In this document: in pieces, positions 18,325 to 28,358 of the stretch
Position numbering within the stretch: position 1 is the first letter of the stretch
Layout of the letters: each line of letters begins with the position of its first letter
Virus record (IMG/VR): IMGVR_UViG_3300042691_019444
Coordinates: 1-64,000 of that record
From: a virus
DNA: 64,000 bases
Direction: 5' to 3' (one strand)
The notes under the pieces: model-generated
Told to the model about the DNA's origin: nothing
The model's database searches: none
What the model saw: the letters and a program-made list of their open reading frames with translations, nothing else
Position numbers and translations under genes: made by a program

Positions 18325-19716
18325 ATGAAACTGAATCAATTTCAACGACGTGTTGGCGGGTCTGGTTCGATTCCGGTGTTGGGATCGGATACGGCCCCGA
18401 CAGCCGTATTGACTACCACGTTGCCCGATAACTTCGTGCATGCCGATAGGTCTCAGATTGAAGGGTTCCCAGTCCAACGGTTGGCCGTTGCATATAAGTA
18501 CACGGGAGCAGGTGTGGCCCCTACGGTATCGGCGAACCTTTACCTGTACGATCACACAACGCAGGGATGGTTCCAGATGGATGGGACCATCATATTGCAG
18601 GATGGGAAGATCAATCACTTCGACGTTGTGTCGCTGTATGATTTGCCTGCCGACTCACATTCACTTGCGCTTGCGGGGTCTCTCAATGCCATCATCGTTC
18701 CGTTGGCTGCTGGAGGAGAGCCTGATGGAACATATACGTTTGTTGCGGCGTTCGATGGTGCTCAGTCAGCGGTGGATGTTAGTTCGGCCCTGAGTGCACT
18801 ACTTACAACGCTGATTGCCAATCAGACGAACGGTACTCAGAAGTCCATTGTGCGGGGCGGGGCTAAGGGTACGACTGCGGCAGGCGACATCACCGGTAGG
18901 GCGTTGGGACCTAATGCGCAAGCTCTCGACGTATACGACGCATCTCCAAACTGCATTCCAGGCAATTACTCAACAAGTCGGGGTGATGCCGTAGCTGTTC
19001 GGGCATCGGACATAACTGTGACGTTCACAGGCCCGACCATTGTTGCGAGTCAGATTCGGCGGGTGATGGCGTACATTGATGCAGCCACTAAGCCCTATGT
19101 GTGGGAACAGGGCAAGAATGCAATCATCTCCATTTCGGGCACGACCATTACGGTGGCGTCCATTGATGGAGTGGTCGCAACAATCCCCGCAACAACGACG
19201 TTGGTTGTTGTGGATTGGGTTGCGCAAGACAAGGCGTATGACCAATCGTTGCAGGCACTGCGGACAGCCCCGATGTACGATGTACGGTCATTCCGCATCA
19301 CCGATTTGGTTCCGTTGTTGGCAGCGAATCAGACAGTCACGAACGCATGGGCTGATTTGGGCCCCGAAGTGTTGGTGGACGGTGCAACACACTTGCGTGG
19401 ATGGTTCGTATACACGAAGGGAACCGGTAATGTTACGACGTTGCAAGTGCGTGCCCTAATCAAGCACACGGCTGGAGGTACGGAGGAGTATCCGTTGCCC
19501 GTACTGAAGACCGACATCAGTGCGGTTCCGTACACGATTACGGCTGATGATGAGGGGGTATATGTGTCACCCGTAGATGCGAGTGGACTTAGGTCGTTGT
19601 TGTGGGCTCTCGCCAATACGGTCAAATACGTTCAATTCCAAGTGAAGGCCACAACTCCGGGCGATATGGTTATCAACGCAACTGGAACCGGCTATACACT
19701 GGGATGGGGAGGTTGA
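18325..19716 (+). CDS. Putative virion structural/accessory protein
   Basis: Thr/Gly/Ala/Val-rich beta-type composition; first gene of the structural block. Confidence 0.6.
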   Translation: MKLNQFQRRVGGSGSIPVLGSDTAPTAVLTTTLPDNFVHADRSQIEGFPVQRLAVAYKYTGAGVAPTVSANLYLYDHTTQGWFQMDGTIILQDGKINHFDVVSLYDLPADSHSLALAGSLNAIIVPLAAGGEPDGTYTFVAAFDGAQSAVDVSSALSALLTTLIANQTNGTQKSIVRGGAKGTTAAGDITGRALGPNAQALDVYDASPNCIPGNYSTSRGDAVAVRASDITVTFTGPTIVASQIRRVMAYIDAATKPYVWEQGKNAIISISGTTITVASIDGVVATIPATTTLVVVDWVAQDKAYDQSLQALRTAPMYDVRSFRITDLVPLLAANQTVTNAWADLGPEVLVDGATHLRGWFVYTKGTGNVTTLQVRALIKHTAGGTEEYPLPVLKTDISAVPYTITADDEGVYVSPVDASGLRSLLWALANTVKYVQFQVKATTPGDMVINATGTGYTLGWGG

Positions 19717-20498
19717 TGATGAGCGGTCTTGGACAAATTGAAGCGCTAGGCAATCCCCCAGGCATCAACAACGAAGCTGTGCTGGGTCTCAATGGCGTTG
19801 CAAATAGTCTCTCATACATTGTTGCTGAGATAGAGAAGCACTTTCATACGGCTCAGCAGATTTACGGACTCACTGCCAATACGATGGCCCGTAAGTCGGT
19901 ATCACCAATCGTCATCACGGGTGGTAGTGATGCGTGGGGCACTGAGTTGGAGTTGCATAACGGAACTGTAATTGAGTCAGGTTCGGCAACTAAGAAGTTC
20001 GATATGAATCAACTATATGTGAACGCGGTAGGTACGGCTAACCGCATCACTATGTTGGAGTTCTATGCGAACACACATTCAGCAAACGTAGCCGCAACTA
20101 CTCAAGCGACCGGAGATACGGTTACGAAGAACGGACACGGGTTGGCTAACGGTACGAAGGTGATGCTGAACACCATCGTTACGTCGACTGGCATCAATGC
20201 CTATACGGTCTATTATGTGGTCAATCAGGCCACCAATACGTTCCAGTTGTCACTGACGCTCGGAGGGGCTGCGATCGATATTGGGACCGGAGACGGCACG
20301 TGCAATTATACGGTGTTGACTCAGACGCTTATCACGGAAACTGTGGTGAGTAAGTCGGCAGTCAATTCTGATGCTCTAGTGATTCCGATTCAGATGGCTC
20401 GCCAAACATGCAATACGCGTATCACGTGCAGGGGGTACGCGGGTGGGGGAACGAACGCCATTAGCTTCTTCGTTGGTCTCCATTCGTATGCAGCATGA
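19716..20498 (+). CDS. Putative virion protein with a tail-fibre-type beta module (HGL..G..V...YYV...TFQL)
   Basis: HGLANGTKVML...YYVVNQATNTFQLSLTLGGAAIDI. Confidence 0.6.
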   Translation: MMSGLGQIEALGNPPGINNEAVLGLNGVANSLSYIVAEIEKHFHTAQQIYGLTANTMARKSVSPIVITGGSDAWGTELELHNGTVIESGSATKKFDMNQLYVNAVGTANRITMLEFYANTHSANVAATTQATGDTVTKNGHGLANGTKVMLNTIVTSTGINAYTVYYVVNQATNTFQLSLTLGGAAIDIGTGDGTCNYTVLTQTLITETVVSKSAVNSDALVIPIQMARQTCNTRITCRGYAGGGTNAISFFVGLHSYAA

Positions 20499-20507
20499 GG
20501 TGATGTA

Positions 20508-21053
20508 ATGGCAACAATCGCTCAATTGGCCCCTACGCTGATTTCGGTCGGCTTTACGGCAAAGGAACTACGGCGGGAACTACGGCCTAAGAATGCCCCT
20601 CCCCCACCACAATCGGCTCCCATCCAACGTAAACGATATGAACAAATCGTTAGGTTGTTGTGTAAGAATCCGACCCTAACTGATGAGGAGATTGCGAGGC
20701 GTGTAACTACGGTTCCGGCCTCATTGGTAACTACCATCAGGGCTGAGGTGAATGGTGTGGTTGCCCAGCTAGCGGGGCTGGACCCCGTAGATGAAGGAGT
20801 CGATCCTGAGACTGAATTGCAAGACGCTACAGTCAACGCCAGCACGAACAGGGTTATTCGCAACAAGCATGGACTTGAGGACGGAACTCAGATTCAGCTT
20901 GTTGAGGTAGTTGGTACGAGTGGAGTCTCACAAGGAGAGATGGTGTTTGTAATCAACACTAACGCAAACAACTTCCAGGTCTCACGTACGCAAGGCGGCA
21001 GTGAGATTGACTTCGTAGGAGCCGGCTCGATTCGGTATTTGGTGATGACATGA
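20508..21053 (+). CDS. Putative virion protein carrying the same beta module
   Basis: HGLEDGTQIQL...FVINTNANNFQVSRTQGGSEIDF. Confidence 0.55.
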   Translation: MATIAQLAPTLISVGFTAKELRRELRPKNAPPPPQSAPIQRKRYEQIVRLLCKNPTLTDEEIARRVTTVPASLVTTIRAEVNGVVAQLAGLDPVDEGVDPETELQDATVNASTNRVIRNKHGLEDGTQIQLVEVVGTSGVSQGEMVFVINTNANNFQVSRTQGGSEIDFVGAGSIRYLVMT

Positions 21054-21754
21054 TTGTTGAGTGCGGAAAGCCTAACGGGAGCGGACTTGTGTTCTGTGAG
21101 TCTTTCCGCTCTCGTCAACTCATCCAGTCTCGTGGTGGTGCGTTGGTTGGTTGTGCGGTGGGGGACGGTGGCATCAACCCAACGGCGGCGTCTTCGCGCG
21201 TGACGTTCGCGGGGACGGAGAACCTACTGAATCTAACGACTCGGTTCACACTGGCAACTAAGTTCAGGACTCCTGTGGCGGTACCTGGAGGTTCCAAACA
21301 CATTGTTGGAAGATTTGATAGTGCGTTTGTTGATGCTCAGTGGGCTCTTCAATATCAGATCAGCGGATTGATTGCTCCACCATCATTGACGTTCTACGTG
21401 GCAATTACCGGAGGGACAGTTGCTTCAGCTCTATTGGATGTTGCGCTCAGTCAGGCAACTGAGTATTTGGTGCACGTCGTTGTCAATTGTTCTAATGCGA
21501 TGGCGACTAGAGTTGTCATATATGTGAATGGGGCTACTCCACCACAAAGCAACACGTCAACACTCCCAGTCATAATACGTAGGTCGTCTACGCCCCTTAC
21601 GGTGTTCAATCGTTCTGGTGGTTCGACATTAGCACCAGACAATGATTTTGTTCTTCGTAGCGTGCGAATCTTTGATACCGCGTGGAGCGCTGAAGAAGTG
21701 CTGGATGACTACAACAATGACACCTATGCGGAAGTGTTTGGGGGTGGACCATGA
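21050..21754 (+). CDS. LamG/concanavalin A-like domain protein
   Basis: HVVV..IYVNG...VRIFDTAWSAEEV. Confidence 0.7.
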   Translation: MIVECGKPNGSGLVFCESFRSRQLIQSRGGALVGCAVGDGGINPTAASSRVTFAGTENLLNLTTRFTLATKFRTPVAVPGGSKHIVGRFDSAFVDAQWALQYQISGLIAPPSLTFYVAITGGTVASALLDVALSQATEYLVHVVVNCSNAMATRVVIYVNGATPPQSNTSTLPVIIRRSSTPLTVFNRSGGSTLAPDNDFVLRSVRIFDTAWSAEEVLDDYNNDTYAEVFGGGP

Positions 21755-22761
21755 GCGGACCTATCCTTGAGGCGCAACTCAAGACCTGGTCGTGGGAGTT
21801 GGGTCCAAGTAGCATTCTGGTCAACGGGGACTTTGAGGGTGCGGCTGGTCCTCCCCCTGCGGGGTGGTCTCAGGTGAACGGACTGGCTACCAGGGAGTCT
21901 GGCGCTAGGACTGGCGGTACAGGACTCTATGTGTGTAGGGTGTCCTACTCCACCGCAGCGAGCGGTTACGCGTATCAGGCTGCGGGACTGAACCTGTCTC
22001 CTTACCGTATTACAGGATGGACTCGTGGCGATGGTACGGCCATTCCATTTGTTGGTAAGGACGGTGGAGCAGTATTCGTCGGTACGGCTAGCACAGCGTG
22101 GCAGCAGTATTCAGCGGACTTCTTCTACACATCTGGGAATACAATCTACCTATACTGCAACAATCTTGTGGCTGGTAGGTATGTGGAGTTCGACGACACT
22201 ACTCTCATACCGTTCTATGCGAGGACTCCTAATCTCGGGTCATTGAGGACTGCTGTTCAGTTAGGAAACGGTGTTACACCTAGTTCACTCCCGACCCTCC
22301 TGACAGGTACTCGTGGATTCCAACTTTCAGCCGCGAGTGCCCAGACGTTCCAGTGGTACCAAGCACTGAGCAATGGAACCTATACCGTTGCATTGACGTT
22401 TAGTCATACCAACTCACCAGCGGGGAATGGATATATCTTTGACGCGAGGGACAGTGGTGGAGCTGGGTACGCGTTGATCGGACCAGGGGCGGTACTCTCT
22501 CAGTCTACCGGGGTCACCTACCTGAATGGTCGCCCGATCAGTGCTGGAGTGGACATTGTACCTTACGGTCCAATCAATACGTTGGTATGCGCCGGAATCA
22601 CTCTGTCTATTGCGTCGCGGTTGGTGATAGGTGCCCACAACTCCGCGTCAACGTTCTTACTCAATAGTAAGTTCTACAACGTGAGTATCTATCCGGGCAC
22701 CCTTACTCCAACGCAGGCTCGGTCCTACCATGAACGCCAGATGGCGATACTGAGGTACTAA
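21751..22761 (+). CDS. Carbohydrate-binding-like plus LamG-like virion protein
   Basis: LVNGDFEG..W...EFDD; YLNG...IYPGTLTPTQ. Confidence 0.6.
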   Translation: MSGPILEAQLKTWSWELGPSSILVNGDFEGAAGPPPAGWSQVNGLATRESGARTGGTGLYVCRVSYSTAASGYAYQAAGLNLSPYRITGWTRGDGTAIPFVGKDGGAVFVGTASTAWQQYSADFFYTSGNTIYLYCNNLVAGRYVEFDDTTLIPFYARTPNLGSLRTAVQLGNGVTPSSLPTLLTGTRGFQLSAASAQTFQWYQALSNGTYTVALTFSHTNSPAGNGYIFDARDSGGAGYALIGPGAVLSQSTGVTYLNGRPISAGVDIVPYGPINTLVCAGITLSIASRLVIGAHNSASTFLLNSKFYNVSIYPGTLTPTQARSYHERQMAILRY

Positions 22762-24815
22762 TGGGACTCATCCACGAATTGACCTCGTCCCGTGAATTGA
22801 AGGTTTACCACGACTTTCAACGACGCAGTCTCCTCGACTATTCAGGGAACGGTATTGGGCTCGGAGTTGGGGCAGGCTCGGCAGGATACTGGACCAAGTC
22901 TGGTGGCCGAGTAGGATTTAGCGGTACGATTGCGACCGAGCTGACGGCGGGAGCACAGGCGTCATTGGACCTAACTACAGCGACTCTGTTCTACACGTTC
23001 ACGCCGATGACGCCATCTTACTCTCCAACGGCGATGGCTATCTCAAAGTCCGAGGGGACTGGTACGTTACTAAACGGATATACGACGTTGGTCAGTCTGA
23101 CGTCTGTTTGGCTGTACCTTGGGAACTCGTCGTCGTTCCAAAGTATCCTCTCCTCGGGAGCGTTGTTGAACAAGTTCGGGTATCCGGTCCAGGTCGCACA
23201 CTCGTGGAACGGGACCACTGTGTGGTCATGGGTCAACGGTGTACTTACAGACCTACGGCCACAGACGGCGATACCGACGTCGGCTGGTAGGAGCTACAGG
23301 TTTGGATGGCCTGGCTCAGTAGGATTCCACGACATGGCTCTCCACAACGGTGGGATGGTGAATCGTGTACTGACAGGGTCTGAGGTTTCCAGGTTGTACG
23401 AGGAGTTCATTGACTCACCGAAATCTTCGGACCTACCTAGGCGGAACTTCGTACAGGTACCGAGGGGACTCACTGATGCGGAGTATGCTGCGAAGGGGAT
23501 AGTCCTCGATACGGCATTTGAACTTGTCAGTGTGGGCGGTAGTAGGCGCATCTTGGACATGGGTCCTAACAACTACGCCGGGACAATCAGCGGCGTGGTG
23601 ACCCCCGCCAAAGATGGCACTGGAATCAGGATTGGTACTGTCACAGACAACGTTCTGTTTCCAGACGTGACCCAACTGAATTCGGCGGTGTCATTTACGT
23701 ACGAAGAAGTCTGCGAGTTCAATGACGTAAATCTACCAGCAGCAGGATACCAGGCGATCAAGTTCCTGAACGTCAGTAACTACATCGCAATGGGTCCAAT
23801 TGTTGGGGCGGCAGGAGCTACCAAGAAGCACAGTACGGTGATTGCCAACGGTTCTGTGACATACGCGTCTACGGTCGCTAACGTACTTCGTAAGGGATGC
23901 AAACAGCATATCGTTGCCGTTTACAATGGAGCGGGCGTAACCAACGCTGACAAGTATCAGGTATACATTGACGGTAAGTCGTATCTTTGCGATTTTCCTG
24001 GTGGCAATCTGCCTTCTACAGGTCCCAATCTAGCAGCACAAGCCCTACAGACAGGGGCGACTACAGGTACTCCTAGGATTGTAGAATCTCAGCGTTGGAG
24101 TATTCCTCCTATGACAGCCGCACAGGCGCGGGCGAGCTACTTGGAGTTCGCCCGTAGAGTGGTGTTCAAACAGACGTTCGAAGATGTACCGGTCAGTCTG
24201 GCAGCAGTAGGGATTGGTGGGTACATAGGAAGTTGGAGAGTGTTGAGTGGTAGTTGGAAGTGCACTGAATCAGCGGACGGTAGGCGTTGGTTGGAGTGTG
24301 TGACATCAGGCAATATCGTAGACACTATTCCCGACCCACTGTCCAACGGCACTAAACGATTCACGTTCGTCCACGCGTCTGCGGTTACGATGAGGTTTGG
24401 ATGGATGCTGAAGTCGTTGATGGCTATTGGTAGCGCTGACCCTACCTTGGCTCAGCAAGGTTACGCATTCCACATTGATTCCACAGGTAGGACGATGTTG
24501 TGGAGGCTAGACTCTGCGGCATCTCCAGCGGTACTTTGGGACGTTCCTGGTTATCTACCAGTGAGTTCAACCGAGTACACCGTTACGGTCTCACGCCAAC
24601 CAAGTGATGGACTGATCTCTACATGGGTCAGCGGTGGTGCCTATAACAACTCCATACCATCCGCGCCCGTAGCAGACCCAACCTATCAGCCCAATCCGTC
24701 CTACTTCCAAGTACAGGCAACTCCGGGCGATAAGGTTCTGTTGTGGGATCCCAAGGATAGCAAGGTCGGAATCGTGCATTATCAGGGACAACTAGAGCCC
24801 AATGAGATATGGTGA
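22761..24815 (+). CDS. Multi-LamG domain putative receptor-binding/virion protein
   Basis: DYSGNG, WNGTTVWSWVNG, NRVLTGSEVSRLY, HIVAVYNG..YIDG. Confidence 0.7.
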   Translation: MGLIHELTSSRELKVYHDFQRRSLLDYSGNGIGLGVGAGSAGYWTKSGGRVGFSGTIATELTAGAQASLDLTTATLFYTFTPMTPSYSPTAMAISKSEGTGTLLNGYTTLVSLTSVWLYLGNSSSFQSILSSGALLNKFGYPVQVAHSWNGTTVWSWVNGVLTDLRPQTAIPTSAGRSYRFGWPGSVGFHDMALHNGGMVNRVLTGSEVSRLYEEFIDSPKSSDLPRRNFVQVPRGLTDAEYAAKGIVLDTAFELVSVGGSRRILDMGPNNYAGTISGVVTPAKDGTGIRIGTVTDNVLFPDVTQLNSAVSFTYEEVCEFNDVNLPAAGYQAIKFLNVSNYIAMGPIVGAAGATKKHSTVIANGSVTYASTVANVLRKGCKQHIVAVYNGAGVTNADKYQVYIDGKSYLCDFPGGNLPSTGPNLAAQALQTGATTGTPRIVESQRWSIPPMTAAQARASYLEFARRVVFKQTFEDVPVSLAAVGIGGYIGSWRVLSGSWKCTESADGRRWLECVTSGNIVDTIPDPLSNGTKRFTFVHASAVTMRFGWMLKSLMAIGSADPTLAQQGYAFHIDSTGRTMLWRLDSAASPAVLWDVPGYLPVSSTEYTVTVSRQPSDGLISTWVSGGAYNNSIPSAPVADPTYQPNPSYFQVQATPGDKVLLWDPKDSKVGIVHYQGQLEPNEIW

Positions 24816-24832
24816 CGAGTGAGTGGTGCGCT

Positions 24833-24852
24833 ACCGCAACACGTGTTGCGGT
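24833..24852. repeat. Dispersed palindrome
   Basis: Exact 20-mer. Confidence 0.95.
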
Positions 24853-24875
24853 GAAACGTTTCAAGGAGAATCGAA

Positions 24876-25694
24876 ATGGCTACATACGTTCTGGTGAATA
24901 CGGTTCAGGTTGCGAAGGCTGTACTGAAGAGCGGTACGATTGTTGATTCGGTTGCCAGTGACACAACCCTAATCTCCAACGCAGGAGGACTACTCATCCC
25001 GACCGCTACGTACGCGGCACTTGTGACGGCTGCTGAGAAGGTCCGTAAGATGTGGGCGTCGGGCTTCGATCAGCAGACCTGTGATGCGGCGATGATGACG
25101 GCCTATACGCGAGCGCTGGACTTGGCCCGCGACACCATTGGCAATACGTCCCAAACCTACTATGGGCGAGTGGAGTACGTGAACCCACTTGCGGCGGAAC
25201 TCATCAGCATCGTTGCGGATGTGGCGTTGTCGAACGTTGCATTGACGATTGCGTCACAACCAAACGTTCCTTGCAAGTTGCAGGTGCGGATTACGGATGC
25301 GGACTCCTCCGTATCGGCCGGTACCTGTACCATCGTCGGAACCAACGCGGCAGGTGAGGCAGTGACGCAGGTCATTCCGATTACGGGCGGAACCCGAACC
25401 GTGATTACGGATGACGCGTACGCACGTGTGACCAGCATCACGGTTGCGGCGCTCGCCGGTCATACAGGTGCCGATAAGATTGGAGTGGGAGTGGGAGTTG
25501 CGCTTGGGTTGCCGATTCCTGCGGGCGCGACGGGTGTGGGCGTCTACAAGGCTACGGTGGACTACGCTGATGAGGCCGTGGGTACGGTTGACACTACGGC
25601 CCGAACAATCGCCCCTACGACCGCTGCGAACGGTACCCATGACTATGAGTTCTGGTACAAGTACACGCTCGCACACACGCACACCATTTCCTGA
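24876..25694 (+). CDS. Putative virion (decoration-like) protein
   Basis: Ala/Thr/Val-rich; TIVGTNAAGEAVTQVI motif; SD AAGGAG. Confidence 0.6.
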   Translation: MATYVLVNTVQVAKAVLKSGTIVDSVASDTTLISNAGGLLIPTATYAALVTAAEKVRKMWASGFDQQTCDAAMMTAYTRALDLARDTIGNTSQTYYGRVEYVNPLAAELISIVADVALSNVALTIASQPNVPCKLQVRITDADSSVSAGTCTIVGTNAAGEAVTQVIPITGGTRTVITDDAYARVTSITVAALAGHTGADKIGVGVGVALGLPIPAGATGVGVYKATVDYADEAVGTVDTTARTIAPTTAANGTHDYEFWYKYTLAHTHTIS

Positions 25695-25722
25695 TTGACA
25701 TTCTCAGTACCCCCGATAGGAT
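25695..25722 (+). promoter_or_regulatory. Sigma-70-like promoter
   Basis: TTGACA-N16-TAGGAT. Confidence 0.45.
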
Positions 25723-25755
25723 GAGATAGAGTTTCACGCGTAGCGGGAACTCCCG

Positions 25756-25802
25756 AACGGCTCAACCCGGACCCCCTCCCCTCGGTTGAGCCGTTTCCTT
25801 TT
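25756..25802 (+). terminator. Rho-independent terminator hairpin with C-rich loop
   Basis: AACGGCTCAACC/GGTTGAGCCGTT followed by TCCTTTT. Confidence 0.75.
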
Positions 25803-25857
25803 GGATAATCAAACATAGCGGCGTAGACTTCAGCATAAACCTAGAAGGGATGTGCTG

Positions 25858-26775
25858 ATGGTTAGTGCGGCTATCAAGTTCGAACAAGGAGCCCTGATTG
25901 GTGTGGCTGGTCAGGCTTTGGAGGGTATTGCCCGAACGTCGGTGACGGTCTCGAATGGGGACGATACTGGGGTGGTGACGTGGGAGTATAAGTTGGAGTC
26001 GGCTCCCATTGGGTCGTCTCTGATTCCCGGCATACTGGGTACATCCTCATCGGTGTCGTTCTTGCCGGATGTGGAGGGTGGTTACGGTATCTCACTGAAG
26101 GTTGTTGGCCCTAGCGGGACTGCGACGGATAGGAGGGTATTCAGCGTTCCGACTGCATGGGGACACAACATTCCGGCGTCGGGGTTCGATGGTAATGCTC
26201 ACAACTTTGGAGGGCAGTCCCGTGGATGGGCCGGAACCTCCACTACGGGGCAGAAGCTATTGGACTCATTCATTGCGTTCGTGTCAACCGCACTACGTAC
26301 GTTTGCGGGGGACGTTGGCGGGTTGTTCAACAACAACATGCTTGTCAAGATACAGGGCAATACGATTCTGGCCTCAACTCCGGTTGCCAATGATGCTCTG
26401 GTATATGACGGCACCAAATGGGCGCCGTCTCCACGCGCCGATAAGCTACATATGTGGAGAGGCATTCCGGCTGATGAAGATCAATCTACAGGTGCAACTC
26501 CCATCGTTGATTTGGGGCATCTGACAGACGTTCCTGATATCGGTACTGACCCTGTAATGATGGCGTCAACTACAGGTCAATCCGTACGGGTCACCAGATT
26601 GGCATCCATGGCCGTAGCTACGGGGGAGCATGATTTCGTACTGATAAAGAACGGAATGAATGACCACTACGAACTATGGTGGAATGGTAATCGGTCAGGT
26701 AGTGCGGGTGCTAGCGGATATGGGGATTTGGCTGCCGGCGAAACCAAAATCCTACTGTATTGGATTGAGCGCTAA
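25858..26775 (+). CDS. Putative virion protein with a PKD/Ig-like N-terminal domain
   Basis: WEYKLESAPIGS...FLPDVEGGYGISLKV; DALVYDGTKWAP. Confidence 0.6.
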   Translation: MVSAAIKFEQGALIGVAGQALEGIARTSVTVSNGDDTGVVTWEYKLESAPIGSSLIPGILGTSSSVSFLPDVEGGYGISLKVVGPSGTATDRRVFSVPTAWGHNIPASGFDGNAHNFGGQSRGWAGTSTTGQKLLDSFIAFVSTALRTFAGDVGGLFNNNMLVKIQGNTILASTPVANDALVYDGTKWAPSPRADKLHMWRGIPADEDQSTGATPIVDLGHLTDVPDIGTDPVMMASTTGQSVRVTRLASMAVATGEHDFVLIKNGMNDHYELWWNGNRSGSAGASGYGDLAAGETKILLYWIER

Positions 26776-26803
26776 AACGGCATAAGCCATAGCTGGAGGC
26801 ACT

Positions 26804-27055
26804 ATGGCTAGGAGACGTTTGAAAGACCTGATTCGGGTTGGCGCTGAATGGGTAGTTCCGGGGACGGGACCGTTGATTGTTGTCGATTACCATCCATCGA
26901 CAGTTATGGTGAGGACACGTACGGGTAGTGAGTGGCTGATACCCGTAACGACTTTGCTGAGATTTGGTTCGCACGTGGGAGGAGCACATGAGGTCAAAGT
27001 TCAAAGAACCGATAGATTACATCGTAAGCCGGTTGGAGTTGAAGGACAGCAATGA
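26804..27055 (+). CDS. Hypothetical protein
   Basis: CGGCATAA at 26778 plus SD GGAGG. Confidence 0.6.
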   Translation: MARRRLKDLIRVGAEWVVPGTGPLIVVDYHPSTVMVRTRTGSEWLIPVTTLLRFGSHVGGAHEVKVQRTDRLHRKPVGVEGQQ

Positions 27056-27278
27056 GAACGTCGCAATAGGCGTCATTGTGATGCCCCGGTATGAGGGGGA
27101 TACTGATGACCGGTTCTGCGGCACTCAGGGTGATCTCAATATCCGTATCGAGGGCAGCAGAACACGCCAATCCGATGCATATGAGTTGGCCTGCTCCCTA
27201 TTGGACAACCTAAAGGGAAAGCATCGGCTGCTCGAATACGTTCCACGTCTGAAGGCAAAGGTGAAGGTGCGGGTATGA
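26988..27278 (+). CDS. Hypothetical protein
   Basis: SD GGAGGAG. Confidence 0.6.
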   Translation: MRSKFKEPIDYIVSRLELKDSNENVAIGVIVMPRYEGDTDDRFCGTQGDLNIRIEGSRTRQSDAYELACSLLDNLKGKHRLLEYVPRLKAKVKVRV

Positions 27279-27382
27279 GCATATTGATTGGGGTCGCAAT
27301 AGCGTGCATTGCTGGCGCCATTGGGTTCCTGAACGGTATGATTTGGGAACGTCACAGGTTGGCGGGGCAACGGCGGCATTAG
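27275..27382 (+). CDS. Small membrane protein (35 aa)
   Basis: MSILIGVAIACIAGAIGFLNGMIWERHRLAGQRRH; ATGA overlap; below the ORF-track cutoff. Confidence 0.5.
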   Translation: MSILIGVAIACIAGAIGFLNGMIWERHRLAGQRRH

Positions 27383-27390
27383 GTAACTGT

Positions 27391-27410
27391 ACCGCAACAC
27401 GTGTTGCGGT
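27391..27410. repeat. Dispersed palindrome
   Basis: Exact 20-mer followed by GGAGG and ATG 27420. Confidence 0.95.
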
Positions 27411-27419
27411 GGAGGAACC

Positions 27420-27668
27420 ATGGGTAAGCAAGCAATTCATAAATGCGCGTCGTGTGGTAAGTGGGTGAGGGCAATGCCTGGGGACCCAGTTGTGTCTCTC
27501 AGACAATTGGGGGCGGGGTTCTACCATTACGATTGTGCAATGGTGGAGAGTGCGAAGCTACGGGGCACTACGGTTCCGACAATTGGAGAGCAGGACGTAT
27601 TTGGTTTCCTTGACGAAATCGAGGAGTTGGTAGAAGGAGGTTCTGATGCGCACGTTGATTCTGATTAG
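27420..27668 (+). CDS. Small Zn-finger-like protein
   Basis: CASC...HYDC. Confidence 0.6.
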   Translation: MGKQAIHKCASCGKWVRAMPGDPVVSLRQLGAGFYHYDCAMVESAKLRGTTVPTIGEQDVFGFLDEIEELVEGGSDAHVDSD

Positions 27669-28131
27669 TGTGGTGCTGATTGGTTGCGGGGGCGCGGAGT
27701 TTAGTTCTGTTTCAGAACCTCTCACAATTCCTCAGATGGATGCTGCCGTGGATGCGATTGTTGGGGAGGAGACAGGGCCCGACACATTGCCGGAAGTCGA
27801 TAGTCCGGATGCAGCATCGGATACGCCTCAATCCCCAGATGGGTGTGAGCCCCTAACTCAAGCGCAGACATGCGAGCGTGCGTACGACCACGACAGGTGC
27901 GGAATCCTATACGAACCAAATTGTGGGATGGGTAGAGATTGCGGTAGTTGTCGGCACGGTGAGTGTGACTTTCAATCACACTTTTGCTTGTGCTCACGCA
28001 TCGTGACTGATGCGGACTTCTACAAGTGCGATGCTGATGAAGACCCCTATAACGGGGGAGCGGAGTGTGTGGCTGATGCGCATTGCCGTATCAATCCATC
28101 CTTTGCCAACATCTATTGCTGTACCAAATAG
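27646..28131 (+). CDS. Cys-rich lipoprotein
   Basis: Lipobox LIGC, Asp/Ala/Pro linker, Cys-rich C-terminus. Confidence 0.7.
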   Translation: MRTLILISVVLIGCGGAEFSSVSEPLTIPQMDAAVDAIVGEETGPDTLPEVDSPDAASDTPQSPDGCEPLTQAQTCERAYDHDRCGILYEPNCGMGRDCGSCRHGECDFQSHFCLCSRIVTDADFYKCDADEDPYNGGAECVADAHCRINPSFANIYCCTK

Positions 28132-28139
28132 GAGGACAG

Positions 28140-28358
28140 ATGGGTGCGAAGCGTGAGAAGGAATTGGAGCTGGAGAACACGATACTGCAAGAGGCTGTGT
28201 CGGAGTTGTCTACCCAACTGAATACGATTCAGAAACTAGCTGAGGGGAACATGCGGGCATATGAGGTGAAGGGCCCATCACCCGCAGTGAAGAGCGTACT
28301 GATGCTTAGGTTGGAGTGTGATGCTCTGAAGTCCAGACTGGAGAGAAGGGGCATTTGA
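28140..28358 (+). CDS. Hypothetical coiled-coil protein
   Basis: SD AGGAGG. Confidence 0.55.
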   Translation: MGAKREKELELENTILQEAVSELSTQLNTIQKLAEGNMRAYEVKGPSPAVKSVLMLRLECDALKSRLERRGI

